Shown: positions 24,668-34,070 of the stretch, one piece after another | Numbering within the stretch: the first letter of the stretch is position 1 | How the letters are laid out: every line of letters begins with the position of its first letter | Assembly: GCA_045107085.1 (NCBI GenBank) | Contig: JBGCFT010000088.1 | Coordinates: forward strand, 631 to 64,630 | DNA: 64,000 bases | Reading direction: 5' to 3' | DNA from: Marinicellaceae bacterium | GTDB taxonomy: Bacteria > Pseudomonadota > Gammaproteobacteria > Xanthomonadales > Marinicellaceae | Notes under the pieces: model-generated | What the model saw: the letters and a program-made list of their open reading frames with translations, nothing else | Told to the model about the DNA's origin: nothing | Database searches by the model: none | Made by a program: the position numbers and the translations under genes

Positions 24668-27526
24668 ATGAAAAAAGAATTTGAGTTTGTTAAAGGACAG
24701 CGCTTTATAAGCCAAACCGAACAAGAGCTTGGGCTTGGACAAGTATTAGAAACAAACCATAGGATGGTTAAATTGGATTTCAATGCTGCCAATGAATCTC
24801 GTATTTATGCAAAAGATAATGCTCCAATCTCACGTATATTGTTTGAGGTTGGCGATAAAATACCTGCTCGAGCAGGATGGACCTTAACTATTCAAGCTAT
24901 TGAGTTACTTAATGGACTAGCCATTTACCAAGGCATAAATGAAAAGGCAGAGGATGTCTTATTGCCTGAAACAGAAATAGCAGACAACATCAAACTAGAT
25001 CGACCATCAGAAAGAATGTTCTCGGGTCATTTAGATTCTAACAAGTGGTTTAATCTTCGACAACTGGCATTGAGCAAACGAAATGAGCTCAATCAAAATC
25101 CACTCTATGGGTTACTGGGTTCCAGGACATCTTTACTCAAGCATCAATTATATATCGCTCAAGCTGTGGCCAAAAGATTTGCCCCAAGAGTTTTGTTAGC
25201 TGACGAAGTAGGGTTAGGTAAAACAATAGAAGCGGGGTTGATTATTCATCAGCAGTTACTCAAGAATCGGGCCAAACGAGTTTTGATTATTGTGCCTGAA
25301 AGCTTAACGCACCAATGGATGGTGGAAATGTTGAGGCGTTTTAATTTAAGTTTTAATGTCTACAATGAAGAATTATGCAAAGGTGTTGAAGAGTCTTCTC
25401 ATTATGAAACACCTTTTGAAAGCAGTCAATTGGCCATTGTTCCACTTCAATATTTGTTACAACATCAAAATCGAGCAGAACAAATTTTAGTAACTCAATG
25501 GGACTTGTTGGTTGTTGACGAGGCACATCATTTAAAATGGTCTGAAGAACAAGTCAGCGAAGAATATAAGTTAATAGAAGCACTAGCAGAAAAAATTAAA
25601 GGTACTTTATTATTAACTGCCACTCCCGAGCAATTAGGAAAGAAAAGTCATTTTGCGCGTTTAAGATTATTGGATAAAAACCGTTTTAGTAACTATGAAG
25701 ACTTTATTGCACAAGAAAATAATTATGGCAGTATTGTTAATACCATTGATATTTTAAGGTCTGATAAGGCGATGACTAAAACCGGAGCTAAAAACACAGC
25801 AAAACAGTTTAAGGAAGAAAAAGATTTAGAAAACATTCAGAAATTATTTGAAGAACGTTTTGATGAAGAGAGTAAACACGAAATTAAACAAGAGCTTATT
25901 GAAAAACTACTCGATAGACATGGAACAGGAAGACTATTGTTTCGCAATACCCGTGCAGCCATAAAAGGTTTTCCCAAAAGAAAATTACACAAATATGCCT
26001 TAGAAAACTCTTATGCAGAGATGGTTGATCAGCCAATTAAATTACAATTAACACCAGAGCTAGTAGATGCTTTCGATAATTGGACAAAAATTGACTCTAG
26101 AGTTTCTTGGTTGGCAGAGAAGATTTTCTCATTAGAATCTAAAAAAATATTATTGATAACATCTAATAAGAAAACAGTTCTGGATTTGGCTGAATCCTTA
26201 AGGGTAAAACAGGGCATTCATGCAGCTGTATTCCATGAAGATTTAACATTAATTGAAAGAGACAAAGCTGCAGCCTGGTTTGCAGATTGTGAAAAAGGTA
26301 CACAAATTATGTTGTGTTCTGAAATAGGATCTGAAGGCAGAAACTTTCAATTTGCACAGCATGTGATATTTTTTGACTTACCTTATAATCCTGATTTATT
26401 GGAACAAAGAATTGGGAGATTAGACAGAATTGGTCAAGAAAGTACGATTCATATTCATGTGCCTTACATGAAAAATACGGCCACAGAGAGACTTTTTAAG
26501 TGGTATCACAAAGGACTAGATTTATTTGCTAAAACTTGTCCTTCTGCTTATGCAATTTTCAACCAATTACAAACGCAGCTATCAGAACATATTAAAACAA
26601 CATCAAAAGAAGAACAGTTTGATGCTTTTATTGAAGAAACAAAACAGCTCACAACCACAATGAATCTTCAATTTGAAAAAGGCAGAGATAAATTGTTGGA
26701 ATACAACTCTTGCCGCCCTTTTGCGTCGGATAAAATTTTGCAAGAGGCTGAATGGCAAGATGATACAAGTTGTATGAGGTTTATGCACAGAATGTTCGAT
26801 AGGTATGGAGTAAATTATGACGAGTTAAGAAAAAATGTCGAATTATTGTCTCCGGGCGAAAATCAACGTTCTCATTTTCCTGGGATAATTCAAGAAGGCA
26901 TGAGTGTCACATTTGACAGAGAGACAGCATTGTCAAATGAGACCTTGCATTACATTACTTGGGAACACCCAATGGTGGTAGAAGCAATGGATATGATAAC
27001 CAGCGAAGAAAAAGGCAATGCCAGTTTGGTGACAATAAAAAATACTGGCTTACCTCCATCTACAATTATTATTGAATCTATGTTTCATCTGAACGCACCT
27101 GCAGATGCTGCTTTGCAAATATCTCGCTATTTACCAGCCGACTCTATGCGATTGGTTGCAGATGAAAAATTAATAGATCGTACTAAATCTTTAGACAGTC
27201 AGTTTATTCACAACAATCACTCTTCGGTTCCGCTCAATGTTGCTTTGCAGGTGATTAAAATGAAAGCAAAAGACATGAAAAAAATAATAGCAGCAATTGA
27301 ATCTAAATCAGAAAAATTATTACCTACAATGATTAAGAACTCACAAGCTAAGGCTGAAGAACTATTAGACATTGAGATTAATCGACTAAAAGAGTTAAGT
27401 CAGGTCAATCATCACATAAGAAAAGAAGAAATAGTCCATTTAGAAAATCAAAAAACGCAAACCATAAAATCTTTGTCACAAGCAAAAGCACAAATGAATG
27501 CTGTGCGTGTTTTGGTTTGTTTATAG
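24668..27526 (+). CDS. rapA: RNA polymerase-associated SNF2 ATPase RapA (HepA)
   Basis: DEVGLGKTIEAG (motif I) and DEAHHLK (motif II); 952 aa with the RapA-type N-terminal domain. Confidence 0.9.
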   Translation: MKKEFEFVKGQRFISQTEQELGLGQVLETNHRMVKLDFNAANESRIYAKDNAPISRILFEVGDKIPARAGWTLTIQAIELLNGLAIYQGINEKAEDVLLPETEIADNIKLDRPSERMFSGHLDSNKWFNLRQLALSKRNELNQNPLYGLLGSRTSLLKHQLYIAQAVAKRFAPRVLLADEVGLGKTIEAGLIIHQQLLKNRAKRVLIIVPESLTHQWMVEMLRRFNLSFNVYNEELCKGVEESSHYETPFESSQLAIVPLQYLLQHQNRAEQILVTQWDLLVVDEAHHLKWSEEQVSEEYKLIEALAEKIKGTLLLTATPEQLGKKSHFARLRLLDKNRFSNYEDFIAQENNYGSIVNTIDILRSDKAMTKTGAKNTAKQFKEEKDLENIQKLFEERFDEESKHEIKQELIEKLLDRHGTGRLLFRNTRAAIKGFPKRKLHKYALENSYAEMVDQPIKLQLTPELVDAFDNWTKIDSRVSWLAEKIFSLESKKILLITSNKKTVLDLAESLRVKQGIHAAVFHEDLTLIERDKAAAWFADCEKGTQIMLCSEIGSEGRNFQFAQHVIFFDLPYNPDLLEQRIGRLDRIGQESTIHIHVPYMKNTATERLFKWYHKGLDLFAKTCPSAYAIFNQLQTQLSEHIKTTSKEEQFDAFIEETKQLTTTMNLQFEKGRDKLLEYNSCRPFASDKILQEAEWQDDTSCMRFMHRMFDRYGVNYDELRKNVELLSPGENQRSHFPGIIQEGMSVTFDRETALSNETLHYITWEHPMVVEAMDMITSEEKGNASLVTIKNTGLPPSTIIIESMFHLNAPADAALQISRYLPADSMRLVADEKLIDRTKSLDSQFIHNNHSSVPLNVALQVIKMKAKDMKKIIAAIESKSEKLLPTMIKNSQAKAEELLDIEINRLKELSQVNHHIRKEEIVHLENQKTQTIKSLSQAKAQMNAVRVLVCL

Positions 27527-27578
27527 CCAATTGATAAGCACATTGGCTAAACATAAACTCTGTGGCTTATATGAAGTT

Positions 27579-28142
27579 TTAGAAGCGTAGAACAGATTTA
27601 ATTCTATGTTGAACTTGATCGATTGTACCTTGACCTAATACTTCACTCAAAACATCATGCTTTTTATAATAATCGACCACAGGAGCTGTTTGATTTTCAT
27701 AAATGTTAATTCGGTCCCTAACAACAGATTCTGTGTCATCAGATCGACCTTCTTGTAATGCCCTTTTTGCTATTCTACCAACCACTTCTTCAGGGTCGAC
27801 AGCAATTAAAACAGCATGTTCCACAGGCATATTAATGCCATTGAGTAATTCATCCAACATATCAGCTTGAGTTAAGTTACGTGGAAAGCCATCTAATATA
27901 AAACCGTTGCGAGCGTCATCTTGAGATAATCTTTCTTTCAGCATCCCCAGTACAATTTCATCAGATACTAACTGGCCTTTATCCATGACTACCTTTGCAG
28001 CCATACCTAAATCTGATTTAGCTGCCACAGCAGCTCTCAGTAGATCTCCTGTAGAAATGTGTGGAATATTATATTCTTCCTTTAATAATTTTGCTTGTGT
28101 GCCTTTTCCAGAGCCAGGCGCGCCCAATAAAACCAATCTCAT
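27579..28142 (-). CDS. adk: adenylate kinase (short-LID form, 187 aa)
   Basis: LLGAPGSGKGTQ P-loop and GFILDGFPR. The LID segment is short. Confidence 0.9.
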   Translation of the reverse strand: MRLVLLGAPGSGKGTQAKLLKEEYNIPHISTGDLLRAAVAAKSDLGMAAKVVMDKGQLVSDEIVLGMLKERLSQDDARNGFILDGFPRNLTQADMLDELLNGINMPVEHAVLIAVDPEEVVGRIAKRALQEGRSDDTESVVRDRINIYENQTAPVVDYYKKHDVLSEVLGQGTIDQVQHRIKSVLRF

Positions 28143-28304
28143 ATGTATTATCTCAAACCTTAAAATCTGTATTAAATTAAAAAAATGTATCTTGCTTTAA
28201 TTGTTACTTTAGATAGTGCTTATAAAGAATCTTAGGGTGTGATAAAGTAACGCCTGAGACGATCTAAGTCAACTCTTTATTATTAAAATTCATAGGAAAA
28301 AACC

Positions 28305-29564
28305 ATGACAAAGAAAAATGCACTTTACTGTCAATCAGGCGGAGTTACTGCTGTCATTAATGCGACAGCTTGTGGTGTCATCGAAACAGCTCGTAAGCAC
28401 AGTGATCAAATAGGAACGGTTTATGGCGCAAAAAATGGAATTATTGGAGCCCTGAGAGAGGAGCTCATTGATACATCTTTTGAGAGCGATGCCAATATTG
28501 CTGCGCTTAAACATACTCCAGGCGGTGCATTTGGATCTTGCAGATTTAAACTTCAAGACTTAGAAAAACAAAAAGCGGAATATGAACGATTGATTGAGGT
28601 TTTCAAAGCCCACAATATAGGGTATTTGTTCTACAATGGCGGTGGCGACTCATCAGATACGGCGTATAAAATATCCAAAATAGCCAAGCAAATGAATTTT
28701 CCAGTCAATTGTATTGGTGTGCCTAAAACAATTGATAATGATTTACCAATTACCGATACATGTCCTGGTTTTGGAACCACGGCAAAATATATTGCTGTTT
28801 CTATGCAAGAAGCCTCTTTGGATGTCGAATCTATGAGTGAGTCTTCAACAAAAGTATTTGTGATGGAAGTAATGGGAAGGCATGCAGGATGGATAGCAGC
28901 AGCTGGTGGTTTAGCAGGCAAATCACACGATGAGCCGCCTCAAATAATACTATTCCCAGAAATACCTTTTGAAAAAGAAGCGTTTCTAGCCAGGGTAAAA
29001 TATTCTGTAGAAAACTTTGGTTATTGTTCAATAGTTGTGTCTGAAGGTGTTCAAGATCAATCAGGTAAATTTTTAGCCGATGCAGGAACTGTAGATGCAT
29101 TTGGTCACGCACAATTGGGTGGGGTTGCTCCAGTCATTGCAAACATGGTCAGACAAGAACATGGTTATAAATATCACTGGGCAGTTTCTGACTATTTGCA
29201 AAGATCAGCAAGACACTTGGCATCACAAACTGATTTTGAACAAGCTTATGCAGTAGGAGAAGGAGCAGTAAAATTAGCCATTGAGGGGAAAAATGGAGTG
29301 ATGCCCGTCATAAAACGGTTATCAGATGATCCTTATCAATGGGAAATCGCAACCGCCCAACTTGCAGATATGGCAAATGTTGAAAAGATGTTACCCAGAG
29401 ACTATATTACAGCAGATGGTTTTGGTATTACTGAAAAGTGCCGAAGATATTTGTTGCCTCTTATTCAAGGAGAAGCTTATCCCCCTTATGAAAACGGCTT
29501 GCCGAAATATAAGCGATTAACTAAGAAAATGCTAACAAAAAAGCTACCAGTATTTAGTGTTTAA
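28305..29564 (+). CDS. pfp: 6-phosphofructokinase, probably pyrophosphate-dependent
   Basis: PFK family motifs GGGDSS and PKTIDNDL (a Lys where ATP-PFKs have Gly). The length of about 420 aa matches the methanotroph-type PPi-PFKs. Confidence 0.75.
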   Translation: MTKKNALYCQSGGVTAVINATACGVIETARKHSDQIGTVYGAKNGIIGALREELIDTSFESDANIAALKHTPGGAFGSCRFKLQDLEKQKAEYERLIEVFKAHNIGYLFYNGGGDSSDTAYKISKIAKQMNFPVNCIGVPKTIDNDLPITDTCPGFGTTAKYIAVSMQEASLDVESMSESSTKVFVMEVMGRHAGWIAAAGGLAGKSHDEPPQIILFPEIPFEKEAFLARVKYSVENFGYCSIVVSEGVQDQSGKFLADAGTVDAFGHAQLGGVAPVIANMVRQEHGYKYHWAVSDYLQRSARHLASQTDFEQAYAVGEGAVKLAIEGKNGVMPVIKRLSDDPYQWEIATAQLADMANVEKMLPRDYITADGFGITEKCRRYLLPLIQGEAYPPYENGLPKYKRLTKKMLTKKLPVFSV

Positions 29565-30322
29565 TGAGGTTTAACATTTAGTTTATTCCAATCTTTATGG
29601 TTAACATTGTTATATAGACCACCGTATTGATTGATAATATAGTCATATAAAAGCCTGTCTTGTTGCACAAGTTTATTTAATACATTCATGCTTGATTGAC
29701 TGAGGTTAAAATCTTTTTGGTAACCGGATTGAGCAACATTTACCTTCGGAAATTTTGGCTGAGAAATATTTAATGAATCAAACAATACCTGATTAAAAAG
29801 TTCTAGTTTTGATAGGCAGCCAAGTACAAACTTAAATTTTTTAATGGTTTTTAGCGCTTCAACGAAGCTTTTGTTTTTTCCAAAATACCGGCATTGATGG
29901 TTCTCAATTCTATTTCGAAAAGCCGGGCAATTAATTAATGTGTTTTCAAAACTTAAGGGGTCAAATCCTTTTTTCTTGAACCAGTTTTTCTTATGGTTTT
30001 CTTGGGTAATAAAATAATTAAAAAGAGACAAAACACTTGGAATAGGATCTCTAATAACGCTTAAATATATATATTTTGAATTATTATAGAAGTCAATAAA
30101 ACGGTGTCCTCCCAAAATTTTATGGCATCTGACTTCATCAATAAGAAAGGTATTGGTCTCAGAGTCAATGCCATACCAAAAAACATCAGTGTGATTAAAG
30201 TTTTCGTAGAAAAAAATTCTTTGGGATGTGCCTGCCGACTTTTCTATATGAAGGTAAACCAATTTAAATTTTGACTTATTAAAGAAAGGATTAAATTTAT
30301 AAATATTTTGAATAATTCCCAT
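29561..30322 (-). CDS. sulfotransferase family protein
   Basis: 5'-PSB-like HIEKSAGTS and 3'-PB-like VIRDPIPSVLSLFNY motifs. Confidence 0.6.
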   Translation of the reverse strand: MGIIQNIYKFNPFFNKSKFKLVYLHIEKSAGTSQRIFFYENFNHTDVFWYGIDSETNTFLIDEVRCHKILGGHRFIDFYNNSKYIYLSVIRDPIPSVLSLFNYFITQENHKKNWFKKKGFDPLSFENTLINCPAFRNRIENHQCRYFGKNKSFVEALKTIKKFKFVLGCLSKLELFNQVLFDSLNISQPKFPKVNVAQSGYQKDFNLSQSSMNVLNKLVQQDRLLYDYIINQYGGLYNNVNHKDWNKLNVKPH

Positions 30323-30335
30323 TAGCTAATAAAAC

Positions 30336-30992
30336 TTAAGGCTCTCTCAAGTAAATAGGCTCTATATTTTCTATATGCGTTGAGAACTTAATAAAACCAT
30401 TCTTAACCATATCTAACATGTCTTGGGCTTGTGAATATTGGTTTGTATCATAAGGCATAGGCATAGATTCAGCAAATGCTTGTAGTTCTGGATAAACAGA
30501 AAAAGCACTACCAATGTAGGCATCAACTTGAGAAAGGTTGATATCTGAAGCATTTGTTACCACTTCTTTCGATAATTGTTTGATATGGTGATCTTTAATT
30601 AAATACTTTGCAGAGTAAGTTTCATTCATTCGTGCATCAGTGGCCACAAGTATCTTTTGTTCTTTTGAGGTGTCTAACTTTTTGTAGGCAGCAAAAGCCA
30701 GTGTTTCCAAATTGGAAACAGGTAAGACAGGAATATTTAACGCCAGAGCCAATCCTTGAGCAACACCTACACCTATGCGAACACCTGTGAATGCTCCTGG
30801 ACCTTGACCTACAATTAAACCTTCAATATCAGACTTTAATACATTGGCTTCACAGAGCAATTCATCTATAAAAGGCAAGATAATTTCTGCATGAAGCCTT
30901 GGTTGAACTGAACTTTTATGAAATATTTTGCCATTGGCCCACAAAGCTGCAGAGCAACATTCAGTAGCGGTATCAATGGCAAGTAGTATCAT
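30336..30992 (-). CDS. tsaB: tRNA t6A biosynthesis protein TsaB
   Basis: ILAIDTATECCSAAL N-terminus and GPGAFTGVRIG. Confidence 0.85.
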   Translation of the reverse strand: MILLAIDTATECCSAALWANGKIFHKSSVQPRLHAEIILPFIDELLCEANVLKSDIEGLIVGQGPGAFTGVRIGVGVAQGLALALNIPVLPVSNLETLAFAAYKKLDTSKEQKILVATDARMNETYSAKYLIKDHHIKQLSKEVVTNASDINLSQVDAYIGSAFSVYPELQAFAESMPMPYDTNQYSQAQDMLDMVKNGFIKFSTHIENIEPIYLREP

Positions 30993-31001
30993 CTTATCTT
31001 C

Positions 31002-31550
31002 TTAGAAACGGGGTTTATTTTCTTTTGCATCAAATGCTTCAATTGAATCACGGATTTCTTGTTTGGCTTCATCTGGACCGCCCCAACCTTCAATCTTAAC
31101 CCATTTTCCTTTTTCTAGGTCTTTGTAATGTTCAAAAAAGTGAGAAATTTGATCAGTAATAAAATTAGGTAAATCTCTAACAGATTCTACATCTGAGTAC
31201 AGATTAGTCACTTTACCAACTGGAACTGCAACAATCTTAGCATCTTCGCCAGCTTCATCAGTCATTTTTAAAACACCAACGGGTCGGCATTTAACTACAG
31301 AGCCAGGTAATAAAGGTGTTGGCATAATAACTAAGACATCAACAGGGTCACCATCGCCACATAAAGTGTGCGGAACAAAACCGTAATTACAAGGGTAACG
31401 CATTGAAGTATTAAGTACTCGATCAACAAAGATTAATCCAGAATCTTTGTCTACTTCATATTTTACTGCTTCACCATTAACAGGTATTTCAATTACCACA
31501 TTAATGTCATTAGGTACATCGTTACCAACGGCTACGTGTCTTAAGCCCAT
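31002..31550 (-). CDS. ppa: inorganic pyrophosphatase
   Basis: Family I PPase signature [20 protein letters not shown]. Confidence 0.9.
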   Translation of the reverse strand: MGLRHVAVGNDVPNDINVVIEIPVNGEAVKYEVDKDSGLIFVDRVLNTSMRYPCNYGFVPHTLCGDGDPVDVLVIMPTPLLPGSVVKCRPVGVLKMTDEAGEDAKIVAVPVGKVTNLYSDVESVRDLPNFITDQISHFFEHYKDLEKGKWVKIEGWGGPDEAKQEIRDSIEAFDAKENKPRF

Positions 31551-31704
31551 AATATTATCCTTTCAAAAAGGCGGAATTATACTGACTTTCATTAAAAAAC
31601 CATAGTTAGATAGTATTTAAAAGGATGAAAATTGTGAAAAAATCATTTAGTCTGCAGGATTCTCTGCTTATAATGCTAGATTCTAGCAATTCTGATAATT
31701 TTAT

Positions 31705-32715
31705 ATGTCTCAAAAAACAGCGCTGATAACCGGTGTTACTGGCCAAGATGGCGCATTGTTGTCACATTATTTATTAAAGCAAGGCTATAAGATCATAGCG
31801 CCAACAAGAAAAAATCCAAAAACATCAAAATTGCAAAGTTTAGGGGTTGATTTGAACCACAATATTACATTCATTGAATATAATAAATGGTCAGATTTTT
31901 TAGATATAATCAAGCTTCATGAACCTGATGAAGTTTATCATTTGGCAGCCATGAGTCATGTAGGTGATTCTCACAAAAACCCAGAAAAAGTTTTTGATGT
32001 GAATACTACGTGGACCATTACTTTATTAAGCGCTGTTGCCAAACAGAAAAAGAAGATAAAATTCTTTTTTGCCTCTAGTTGTGAAATATTCCAAAATAAC
32101 CTTACTAAGAAAGTATCTGAGGAAGATTTAATGCGGCCCGATAATCCTTATGGAATATCAAAATTAAGTGCCCATACAATGGTTGAGTACTTTCGAAATA
32201 TTAAGGGTGTTTTTGCCTGTAATGGTATATTGTTTAATCATGAATCAGAGATCAGAGATGACAACTTTGTCAGTAAAAAAATATGCTCTGAAGTAGCAAG
32301 AATCGTAAAAAATGCAGGAAAACCACTTTGTTTAGGCAATATTGAAGCAAAAAAAGATTGGGGTTATGCTCCAGATTACGTCAAAGCTTTTCACTCAATG
32401 CTTTTACAGAATAAACCAGATGACTATATTATTTCAACTGGAGTTTTACATTCGGTTAAAGACATGGTTGATTGTGCATTTAAAGCTTTAGATTATCCCA
32501 TTAGTTGGCAAGGCAAAGGATTGGAGACAAAAGCACAGAATCAAGCTGGAGAAATAGTTGTTGCTATCAATGAAAAATATTTTCGTCCCCTAGACAATCG
32601 CTTTCTTATTGGCAACAACGAGAAAGCAAAAAAAGATTTAAAGTTTAATAACACAACGCCTTTTGCCCAATGGGTAAAATCAATGACATTAGAAGAGTAT
32701 AATAAATTAAAATGA
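31705..32715 (+). CDS. gmd: GDP-mannose 4,6-dehydratase-like NAD-dependent sugar dehydratase (divergent)
   Basis: ALITGVTGQDG, YGISK (YxxxK) and CNGILFNHES parallel E. coli Gmd. At 336 aa it is shorter than Gmd. Confidence 0.7.
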   Translation: MSQKTALITGVTGQDGALLSHYLLKQGYKIIAPTRKNPKTSKLQSLGVDLNHNITFIEYNKWSDFLDIIKLHEPDEVYHLAAMSHVGDSHKNPEKVFDVNTTWTITLLSAVAKQKKKIKFFFASSCEIFQNNLTKKVSEEDLMRPDNPYGISKLSAHTMVEYFRNIKGVFACNGILFNHESEIRDDNFVSKKICSEVARIVKNAGKPLCLGNIEAKKDWGYAPDYVKAFHSMLLQNKPDDYIISTGVLHSVKDMVDCAFKALDYPISWQGKGLETKAQNQAGEIVVAINEKYFRPLDNRFLIGNNEKAKKDLKFNNTTPFAQWVKSMTLEEYNKLK

Positions 32716-33860
32716 AAGTTATCTTGAACGTAGATGCCATTACTGGTCCATTAACAGGCATTGGAAACTATGCCAATCAATTGGCAAAAAAGTTACCCAA
32801 CAATCCTGAAATAGAGGAACTTAAATTATATTCATCCCACCGTTGGATTAAAGACCCTGATCATGCATTAAAGGCAAATCAAATGTTAGCAAGTATTCGC
32901 AAAAACGTGCCATTAAAAGGCACTGCGTTAAAATTATATACTTGGCAGAAGAATTTATGGTTCAAAAAAAAGAGTAAACCTTTCGACAAAAACTATTTAT
33001 TACACAGTCCTAATTATCTATTATTGCCCTTTGAAGGCAAATCTCTTACAACCATACATGACTTATCTTTTATTCGTTATCCAGAAACGCATCCAAAAGA
33101 ACGTGTGGCAATTTTAGAAAAAGAACTACCAAAATCAATTGATCAAGCCAGTGCAATCATTACTGACTCTCATTATATTAAAGATGAAGTACATAAAATA
33201 TTAGGTATTGAAGAGAAGAAGATTCATGTGGTTCCATTGGGAGTCAGTCAAGATTACAAGCCTTTTACAAAAGAAGAATATTTACCTATATTAAAAAAAT
33301 ACAATCTTGATAAAAATAAATACATTTTGTCTGTAGCAACATTAGAACCCAGAAAAAACTTGAATTCCCTAATTGACGCCTATTTGTTATTGCCAAAAAA
33401 AGTGAGAAAAGAATACAAGCTGGTCGTAGCAGGTGCCAGAGGTTGGCTCAGTAAAAACTTACTGTTAAGAATTGAAGCCTTGGCAAAAAGAGGCGATATT
33501 ATATCATTAGGTTATATAGATTATGATGACTTGCCTTATATCTACTCAGGCTCATATGGATTTGCTTTACCCTCATTGTATGAAGGTTTCGGCTTGCCAA
33601 TTCTTGAAGCAATGGCTGCAGGCACTCCTGTGATGACTTCAACTTCTTCCTCATTACCTGAGGTTGCGGCTGGTGCAGCTATCTTAACTAATGCCAATGA
33701 TATAGAAGATATTTCAGCAGGTTTAATGCAGCTAATCGAAGATCAAAAATGGAGGAAAGAAGCAGTCACAAAAGGACTTTTGAGAGCGCAAACATACACA
33801 TGGGAAAAGTGCATCAATAAAACAGTAGATGTTTATCAACATGTGCTAAACAACACTTAA
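32712..33860 (+). CDS. glycosyltransferase family 4 (GT-B)
   Basis: C-terminal EGFGLPILEAMAAGTPV motif. A 4-nt ATGA overlap links it to the upstream dehydratase. Confidence 0.8.
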   Translation: MKVILNVDAITGPLTGIGNYANQLAKKLPNNPEIEELKLYSSHRWIKDPDHALKANQMLASIRKNVPLKGTALKLYTWQKNLWFKKKSKPFDKNYLLHSPNYLLLPFEGKSLTTIHDLSFIRYPETHPKERVAILEKELPKSIDQASAIITDSHYIKDEVHKILGIEEKKIHVVPLGVSQDYKPFTKEEYLPILKKYNLDKNKYILSVATLEPRKNLNSLIDAYLLLPKKVRKEYKLVVAGARGWLSKNLLLRIEALAKRGDIISLGYIDYDDLPYIYSGSYGFALPSLYEGFGLPILEAMAAGTPVMTSTSSSLPEVAAGAAILTNANDIEDISAGLMQLIEDQKWRKEAVTKGLLRAQTYTWEKCINKTVDVYQHVLNNT

Positions 33861-33905
33861 ATCTTGTGTGTTAGTTTTTAACTGTGCATAATGCGCAATC
33901 AAATT

Positions 33906-34026
33906 TTATTAGGTGTCGATTCATCATCATTAATTGAGATAATCGGTGAAAAGGGAATCTGGTGAAAATCCAGAGCTACCCCCGTAACGGTAATTTATCA
34001 AATAAGTCCGGAGACCTGCCTAATAG
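33906..34026 (+). promoter_or_regulatory. cobalamin (B12) riboswitch aptamer
   Basis: GGTGAAAAGGGAATCTGGTGAAAATCCAGAGCTACCCCCGTAACGGTAA core plus the B12 box AAGTCCGGAGACCTGCC. P1 forms from TATTAGG (about 33907) and CCTAATA (about 34019). It sits directly upstream of btuB. Confidence 0.85.
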
Positions 34027-34070
34027 ATCTATTTTAATTATTATTATCGCGGTGGGCGATGGAGAAATCA

